Origin: OCS155 cluster bacterium AG-349-E07
Lineage (GTDB): Bacteria; Actinomycetota; Acidimicrobiia; Actinomarinales; Actinomarinaceae
NCBI GenBank assembly: GCA_003281085.1
Contig: QCCZ01000001.1
Span: 99,452-163,451 of the forward strand
Length of the DNA stretch: 64,000 nt
Direction: 5' to 3'
The position numbers and the translations under genes are program-made. Every line of letters begins with the position of its first letter. Position 1 is the stretch's first letter. The notes beneath the pieces are model-generated. The model did not search any database. It saw only the letters and a list, made by a program, of their open reading frames with translations, and was not told where the DNA came from. Shown here in pieces: positions 58,100-64,000 of this stretch.

Positions 58100-58726
58100 T
58101 TATTCTGCTGTGTTTAAAGATGCTCTAAACGAAACACCTAGAGCCCAAACTGTAGCAGGGTAAAGTATCACTCCGCCTAATATCAAGATAATCAAATTTG
58201 CAGCATCAGGAATTAAACCAAAGGCTGAACCTAAACCATTAGTCATTACTAAAATGGCTGCTCCATATCCTGCAATAACACCCCAGCTTGGTAAGAGATC
58301 TACCTTACTGCTTCGCAAAACAGTAATTGTAAATATTCCAAGAAAAAGAGCCCAAACAGGACCATTGGTTCCTGTTGTTTGCAAAACTTGATTAGTTGTC
58401 AAAAAAGCATTGTCGCTATTTGAAGCTAAGGGTCCTGCAAATGCATCTTGAACAAAAATGCACTGAGTAACAAAAGCTATTGTTCCAGTAATTCTTACAT
58501 ATGGATTATTGTCGTCTCCAAACAACTTAGTTGTTAGAGCAAAAACAAATAACAATGCAAACCCAGTAATCACATTTAGTGTCGAGATAACTGGTCCCCA
58601 TGTTTCGTTGTAACCAACGACTGTTGGATCAAGAGCAAATGCCTGAATTAAGAAATTAGGAATTATTCCAATAACAAAAATTCTAGCCATGCTTGAGCCA
58701 ATTGCTACTTCCTTAGTACTTAACAT
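58100..58726 (-). CDS. Multi-pass membrane protein (M4, DUF4386-like)
   Basis: About 6 TM, LLPSWG..GY, W.LG. Confidence 0.7.
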   Translation of the reverse strand: MLSTKEVAIGSSMARIFVIGIIPNFLIQAFALDPTVVGYNETWGPVISTLNVITGFALLFVFALTTKLFGDDNNPYVRITGTIAFVTQCIFVQDAFAGPLASNSDNAFLTTNQVLQTTGTNGPVWALFLGIFTITVLRSSKVDLLPSWGVIAGYGAAILVMTNGLGSAFGLIPDAANLIILILGGVILYPATVWALGVSFRASLNTAE

Positions 58727-58738
58727 ATATTTCCTTTC

Positions 58739-59389
58739 TTATTTGTTCCACTGTGATAATTTTCCAGCTGGAAAACTCACGTTATTTCTCCAAAGGTTGC
58801 AAACACCAGTCACAACGGTTGGAGGATTTTTTACATATTGCATGGCATCTGCCATGATTTCTTGAAACTTTTCTTGTGATGCATCCAAAGATTCCTGGTC
58901 CTCCCAGGTACTCATTGTTACCACAGAACCACCAACATCAGCAGCTGATGCACCCATTAGTCCTGGGGTTCCTTCATAACCAGCAAACACAGTATTCTGT
59001 ATCCAATCAGTTGCTTCCTCTATTTTGCCATCTTGGTATTCGGCTCCAAATCCAAGTCGAGCGACAAAAGGCTCCCCGTCTCTATCGCCCTTCATTAAGT
59101 TTTGGTAAATTTGCCCAGCATTCATTGGACCGTGTGAAATAGTTGGTGGGCCAGCAATATAATCTGCCAATCCTCCCAAAGCTTCTTGAATTTGAGGGCC
59201 TGCAGCATTCATTGCATCTTCGCTTGCCCATGTTGTCCAAGAAGTCATTTGGCCATTACTCATTTCAGCTATACAAATCTGATATAGTCCTGGTGTATCA
59301 ACAAATGAATCCATGACACCTGATGCGTAAGCAATGGTTTCATCCATTTTTCCTTCTTGTACATCTACTTGAGTTAATCTAAAATACAT
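58739..59389 (-). CDS. Tandem double ABM-like domain protein (paralog S2)
   Basis: MYFR...EGKMDE...TPGL...WASEDA; FVAR...DGKIEE...TPGL...WEDQES. Confidence 0.78.
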   Translation of the reverse strand: MYFRLTQVDVQEGKMDETIAYASGVMDSFVDTPGLYQICIAEMSNGQMTSWTTWASEDAMNAAGPQIQEALGGLADYIAGPPTISHGPMNAGQIYQNLMKGDRDGEPFVARLGFGAEYQDGKIEEATDWIQNTVFAGYEGTPGLMGASAADVGGSVVTMSTWEDQESLDASQEKFQEIMADAMQYVKNPPTVVTGVCNLWRNNVSFPAGKLSQWNK

Positions 59390-59415
59390 TTTCCTCCTTT
59401 AACAAATCAATAGTA

Positions 59416-60057
59416 TTAAATTTTTCCTACTGGAAAATCAACATAATTTTTCCAAACGTTGCATTCACCGGTAAGTTCTTTGGGGGCTTCTTTTATCAAG
59501 CTTGCGACTGCATCTGAAACAACAGATGAAATTACTTCTGAAGCCGCGTGCGCGGCATCATGGCTTGTCCAAAAGTTAAAACTAAACCCACTATTTTCAT
59601 CTACTTTGCAAGCTCCAGTAGCATAAATACCCTCTACATTTTCATATGCTGTATAAACAGTATTTGTCATAAAATCAGCAATGTCATCGTAAGTTTTTCC
59701 TTCTTGTGTGCCTCCACCCATTACAAATCTTGCAAAAAATGGCTCTTCACCATCTTTAGGTACCATAATGTATTGTTGTCCAGCTACCATTGGGCCCTCA
59801 AGAATAGTTGGAGGTTCATTCAACAGTTCAGCAAGCCCAGCAAGGTTCTGTTGGAATTCAGCCATAGCTGCTTCTTTAGCTTCATTATTAGCCCATGTTG
59901 TCCAAGCCATAAGCTGTCCTTCATTATTAATGCATGCAGCAGCTCCTAATAGTCCGCTTACCTGATCGTATACTGGTATTGCTACGTCCCTAAAGTAATT
60001 TAAAGCGTCTTCTGCCATACCTTCTTTGGGGTTCGCTAATCCTAGTCTTACATACAT
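59416..60057 (-). CDS. Tandem double ABM-like domain protein (paralog S1)
   Basis: MYVR...EGM...SGL...WTTW; FFAR...EGK...EGI...FWTSHDA. Confidence 0.78.
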   Translation of the reverse strand: MYVRLGLANPKEGMAEDALNYFRDVAIPVYDQVSGLLGAAACINNEGQLMAWTTWANNEAKEAAMAEFQQNLAGLAELLNEPPTILEGPMVAGQQYIMVPKDGEEPFFARFVMGGGTQEGKTYDDIADFMTNTVYTAYENVEGIYATGACKVDENSGFSFNFWTSHDAAHAASEVISSVVSDAVASLIKEAPKELTGECNVWKNYVDFPVGKI

Positions 60058-60060
60058 AAA

Positions 60061-60594
60061 CTATTCTTTCTTATTCCAAGCAAGTAGTGGGCCTATTCCG
60101 ACACCTGCAATAAATGCTAAGAAAAAAACAAACTGGAAAGGAGTATCTGCAATGATATTAGTTCCAGTAATAAATTCACTACCAGCTCCTACAATTCCAG
60201 ACAATCCAGCGATAATCGCTGCATATCTCCAGATATTATCGATTACACCTTCTGAGGTTACACCTAGGCCTAATATTACAAATCCAAATAATGTCCAAAC
60301 ACCAGAAGTGTTTAGATCTTCATTAATACCAAGAAGTGATGCAACAAACACTGCCGCAGCAATCATTGTGTATCCCTGTCTCCAATCTTCAGGAACTGTA
60401 TCTCCTTGAAGATCTTTCAATCCCAAAAGTATTCCTACAAGTGAAAAGGACCAGAATAATTGAAGTACATTTTCAAAAACTCCATAATCTAGTTCAGCTA
60501 TGCCTCCAACAAACCAAACAACATTTATAGCTATAAACATGTAGGCTGCTTGTTGTGATCCTTCTTTAACGTCCTGTATAAAGAACTTTTTCAT
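60061..60594 (-). CDS. Membrane protein, about 6 TM (paralog M3)
   Basis: MKKFFIQ, VPEDW, EGVIDNIWRY, AWNK. Confidence 0.8.
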   Translation of the reverse strand: MKKFFIQDVKEGSQQAAYMFIAINVVWFVGGIAELDYGVFENVLQLFWSFSLVGILLGLKDLQGDTVPEDWRQGYTMIAAAVFVASLLGINEDLNTSGVWTLFGFVILGLGVTSEGVIDNIWRYAAIIAGLSGIVGAGSEFITGTNIIADTPFQFVFFLAFIAGVGIGPLLAWNKKE

Positions 60595-60633
60595 TTTATT
60601 TTCTTTCTCCTTTTTCTAATATTCTCTTTCTTT

Positions 60634-61191
60634 TTAATCTTCTCTCTTGTTCCAAGCTGTATATGTTCCAACCCCTATTCCAAGAAGCCATGAAACATAA
60701 AAAACTAAACCAATAGGAAATACCCATTCAGGCAAACTATCAAAGAATGAGCCATCAAAGAAATAATCATATCCTATAAAAAAAAGCAGACCTAATGAGC
60801 CAGTTATTGCCATGTACCTCCATATGTTTGAGACAACGCCTTCAGCAACAACATTGAATCCAATTATCGTTATCAATATAAACAAATAAATTCCATCAGT
60901 ATTTATAGGAGCTTCTGTTCCAATGTAAGCTGTATCAAAGATTCCAAAACCTAAAGCCACAGCTGCGATCATTGCTGTTCCGGTTTCCCAACTTTTTGGA
61001 ACATTATTGTTTTCGACTAATTGGTAACTTAACAAAATCACATTAGCAAAAGCGACTGCCCCAAAAAATGCAATTAGTTTATCTAAACCATTTATTCCTA
61101 GCTCAAGAAAGCCATAGACTTCTGAAAAGATAAACATAATCGCAGATCCTTTAGCTTGTTGTTTATCTGGTTGTACAAAAAATGATCTCAT
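60634..61191 (-). CDS. Membrane protein, about 6 TM (paralog M2)
   Basis: MRSFFVQP, VPKSW, EGVVSNIWRY, AWNK. Confidence 0.8.
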   Translation of the reverse strand: MRSFFVQPDKQQAKGSAIMFIFSEVYGFLELGINGLDKLIAFFGAVAFANVILLSYQLVENNNVPKSWETGTAMIAAVALGFGIFDTAYIGTEAPINTDGIYLFILITIIGFNVVAEGVVSNIWRYMAITGSLGLLFFIGYDYFFDGSFFDSLPEWVFPIGLVFYVSWLLGIGVGTYTAWNKRED

Positions 61192-61212
61192 CGATTAAAC
61201 TCCTGTTCTTTT

Positions 61213-61782
61213 TTATTCAACTTCATTGCTTGTGGTTGATTTATCACCCCAGGCAAAATAATTTCCTAAACTAAAACCAATTATCAAAACAAGCCATCCA
61301 ATAAATCCAAATTGTTGAAAGGAATCTGTAGGCTCAAAGCCAAAAAATAGAGTTGCTGAGCTTCCAATAAGTAGAAACAGTGCTCCAAGAATTGTCATGT
61401 TCTCATAAATTGGACGAAATACTCCATTACCTCTGAGAGTAACGCTATAAATTAATGAATTAAATGCCCAAAAAAAGTACATTGGTAGAAATCCATCTTC
61501 TAATTCAGTAATTTCAAGAAATGTTCCGAATATTATGACTGTAGCTAAAATGCTGTGTGCTGATCTCCAATAATCTGGAACATGATCTTCAGCAAGATAA
61601 TATGCAGTAATAACTATTGTGGCGAGAGAGAAACCCCAGATGAAGTTTATCAAATCTTCAAGCGCATCAAGTGCTGTTATGCCTGATAGCTCTAATGCTA
61701 CAAATAAAAGATTCAAGACCAAAAATGTAATAGCATTTTGTCTTGCTAAATTGCCGATTGGTTGCGTAAAAAATGTTTTCAT
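61213..61782 (-). CDS. Membrane protein, about 6 TM (paralog M1)
   Basis: MKTFFTQP (start aligned to paralogs, SD-like GGTAGG), VPDYW, GVF, AWGDK. Confidence 0.8.
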   Translation of the reverse strand: MKTFFTQPIGNLARQNAITFLVLNLLFVALELSGITALDALEDLINFIWGFSLATIVITAYYLAEDHVPDYWRSAHSILATVIIFGTFLEITELEDGFLPMYFFWAFNSLIYSVTLRGNGVFRPIYENMTILGALFLLIGSSATLFFGFEPTDSFQQFGFIGWLVLIIGFSLGNYFAWGDKSTTSNEVE

Positions 61783-61888
61783 AAGATAACCTACCTTCCA
61801 TAAGCTCCGTTTATTAATTTTTTGGCGTAATTTAACTTCCATAAATTACATGGCCATTCTACAAAATTTTTATTGGGCTTGTGTTGGA

Positions 61889-61919
61889 TTTTGTTAAATT
61901 TGTGTAAAGTTTGTGTAAA
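61889..61919 (-). promoter_or_regulatory. Direct-repeat operator upstream of the paralog operon
   Basis: Minus strand TTTACACAAA-C-TTTACACAAA-TTTAACAAAA (10-11 nt period), upstream of a TGTAGAAT -10-like element. Confidence 0.55.
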
Positions 61920-61920
61920 T

Positions 61921-62952
61921 CTAGGACTTTTCGAGAACTAATGGTTTTACTTCTTGCCCGATGAGGTTAAATGTCTGAAGAAGGTCATCATGAGACAGAC
62001 CAGCATTATCTATTTGAAAAGTAAAGCGTGAAATGCCTCCCAAAGCCTTGCTATGTCTGACTAATTTATCAGCAACTTCTTCTGGACCTCCAATAACATA
62101 AGCTCCTAAGTCACCAATTTGTTGTTCAAATCTCTCCATAGTAACTGGTGGCCAGCCACGCTCTTTGCCAATTTGGTTAAACCAAACTCTATAGCCCGGA
62201 TAGTATTTTTCCACTGCTTCTTCTTTTGTGTTTGCCACGAAACCAAGTGAGTGAAGTCCTATTTTCAAGGAAGATTTTTCATGGCCTGCCTCTTCAGCAG
62301 CTTTATAGTAAAGATCAACTAACGGCTTAAACCTATGTGTCTCACCTCCAATTACAGCAATCATAAGAGGTAGGCCTAAGGAACCTGCTCGAACAAATGA
62401 TGCGGGAGTTCCTCCAACACCTACCCATATTGGTAATTTTTTTTGAACAGGCCTTGGATAAACAATCTGATTTTCTAGAGGTGGTCTAAATCTTCCGGAC
62501 CAAGTAACTTGTTGTTCATCTCTGATTTTCAAAAGAAGATCAAGTTTCTCAGCATAGAGGTCATCGTAATCACTAAAGTCAAGTCCAAATAAAGGAAAAG
62601 CCTCCGTAAAAGATCCTCTGCCTGCAACTATTTCTGCTCTGCCATTGGAAATCAAATCTAACGTTGAGTAATTTTGAAATAATCTTACTGGATCCATTGC
62701 ACTAATTACTGCGACTGCACTGGTTAAACGAATGTTATCTGTTTTTGATGCTGCAGCAGAAAGTATATTATGAGCTGCAGAATCTAGAAACTCTTCTCTA
62801 TGGTGCTCCCCAAGACCAAAAACATCAATACCAACTTTATCGGCATGTACAATTCGTTCAATGAGCTCAAACATAGCCTTTGCGTCATCATCAACAGTGC
62901 CTCCTTCATTTGTTAAAGTCTTCTTAGCAAAGGAGTCTATTCCTATTTCCAT
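61921..62952 (-). CDS. LLM-class flavin-dependent oxidoreductase
   Basis: GLGEHH, RLTSAV, DPVR, GRGSF.EAFPLFG, GVGGTP. Confidence 0.93.
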   Translation of the reverse strand: MEIGIDSFAKKTLTNEGGTVDDDAKAMFELIERIVHADKVGIDVFGLGEHHREEFLDSAAHNILSAAASKTDNIRLTSAVAVISAMDPVRLFQNYSTLDLISNGRAEIVAGRGSFTEAFPLFGLDFSDYDDLYAEKLDLLLKIRDEQQVTWSGRFRPPLENQIVYPRPVQKKLPIWVGVGGTPASFVRAGSLGLPLMIAVIGGETHRFKPLVDLYYKAAEEAGHEKSSLKIGLHSLGFVANTKEEAVEKYYPGYRVWFNQIGKERGWPPVTMERFEQQIGDLGAYVIGGPEEVADKLVRHSKALGGISRFTFQIDNAGLSHDDLLQTFNLIGQEVKPLVLEKS

Positions 62953-62969
62953 TTGTGTAGTTTTAGGAT

Positions 62970-64000
62970 CTAAATATTCTTCAAAGTCTTAACAAGACTT
63001 TCGATTAGCATCTCAATATGGTCGATTTGTACGCTCTCATTTGGAGCATGAGCATTTCCTAGTTCTTCATCAGCAGCCCCAATTAAAACAAGTTCTGCAT
63101 TTGGAAACTCTCTGACAAAATCATTAGCAAAAGGAATTGATCCACCTACTCCTATATATGCAGTTTCGTTTTCCCAGGTAGAGTTAAAACTATTTACTAA
63201 TTCTGTAGTGAAAGGTTTGTTTGGATCTGCCACAACTCCCGAACCTTTAGAGTTTGGAATAAACTTAACGGATGCATCCCAAGGAATATTTTTCATTATG
63301 TGGTCCTCGAGCATTTTCATTGCATGGTCTGGGTCTTCTGTTGGCGGAAGTCTTAAACTGACTTTTGCCCTAGCTTTTGGAATAACTAAGTTAACAGCTT
63401 CTTTTACTGGCGGGGCGTCGATTGCAAGTACATCTAGCGCTGGTTCTAACCAGAGCCTCTTTGAAATACTTTCAGTATCAAAAAGGGCAATGTCATCTGA
63501 GCCAAGCATTTTTTTAAGAAAGGACTCCTCAAGTTCGGTAACTTTCATATCTGTAGAAGTTAAACCTTCTATCATGAGATTTCCTTTGTCATCGTGAAAC
63601 GAGGAAATGATTCTACTGAGTACCATAAAAGCATCTGGTACAACACCTCCTCCAACACCTGAATGAATTGGCCTCATTGGTTGATCAACTTCAATAATTC
63701 CATCAACTAAACCTCTAAGTGTTGTTGTAATAGTTGGTACTCCTATTTTTACATTTCCAGAATCGGCAATAATTATTACATCTGCCTCAAGCGCTTCTCT
63801 GTTTTGCTCTATGAATAAAGCCATTGTTGGAGACCCAATTTCTTCTTCACCTTCAATAAACACTTTTATGTTTACAGGCAGTTCATCAATTAATTGTTTT
63901 ATGACGTTGTAATGTACCACTACTCCAGATTTATTATCTCCAGATCCTCTGCCAAATAGTCTTCCATCAATCATTTCTGGTTGAAAAGGGTCAGTGTTCC
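62970..64000 (-). CDS. M20/M25/M40 family dipeptidase, 5' part outside the window
   Basis: GRGSGDNK, EGEEEIGS, HSG, GGSIPF, HAPNES. Confidence 0.93.
   Translation of the reverse strand, partial: NTDPFQPEMIDGRLFGRGSGDNKSGVVVHYNVIKQLIDELPVNIKVFIEGEEEIGSPTMALFIEQNREALEADVIIIADSGNVKIGVPTITTTLRGLVDGIIEVDQPMRPIHSGVGGGVVPDAFMVLSRIISSFHDDKGNLMIEGLTSTDMKVTELEESFLKKMLGSDDIALFDTESISKRLWLEPALDVLAIDAPPVKEAVNLVIPKARAKVSLRLPPTEDPDHAMKMLEDHIMKNIPWDASVKFIPNSKGSGVVADPNKPFTTELVNSFNSTWENETAYIGVGGSIPFANDFVREFPNAELVLIGAADEELGNAHAPNESVQIDHIEMLIESLVKTLKNI

Noticed and set aside
1..64000. tRNA (including tRNA-Sec), rRNA, prophage, integrase or defence-system genes
   Set aside because: No cloverleaf with T-loop consensus in the intergenic gaps and no hallmark proteins recognised

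Overview
AT-rich, very gene-dense chromosomal segment of a streamlined actinobacterium. WhiB, GlnR plus GS type II, a PPOX/F420-type protein and pervasive leaderless genes fit the marine 'Ca. Actinomarina'-like group; this placement is inference. The left half (1-30 kb) is mostly core or metabolic: argS, glnII/glnR, Fe-S carriers, an mrp-selA-selB operon, whiB, a complete glucitol-family PTS locus with a split SrlE and no srlD but a SAF-domain oxidoreductase, TPP E1 alpha/beta and a stand-alone lipoyl domain, two complementary IspD-like genes, rpsF-ssb-rpsR-rplI-dnaB, panB, msrA and a queuosine/nucleoside salvage trio. The right half is accessory-rich: P450, acyltransferases, lipoproteins and unannotated small proteins. 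Strongest novelty candidates: (i) two tandem ~80-nt structured ncRNA genes with compensatory base changes and their own promoters (50177-50503); (ii) an 8-gene operon of four double-ABM-fold paralogs and four membrane proteins (56740-61782); (iii) a divergent sRNA/operator/structured-leader module (55257-55574); (iv) the unusual polyol-PTS catabolic module. No rRNA, tRNA, CRISPR or IS element was recognised.
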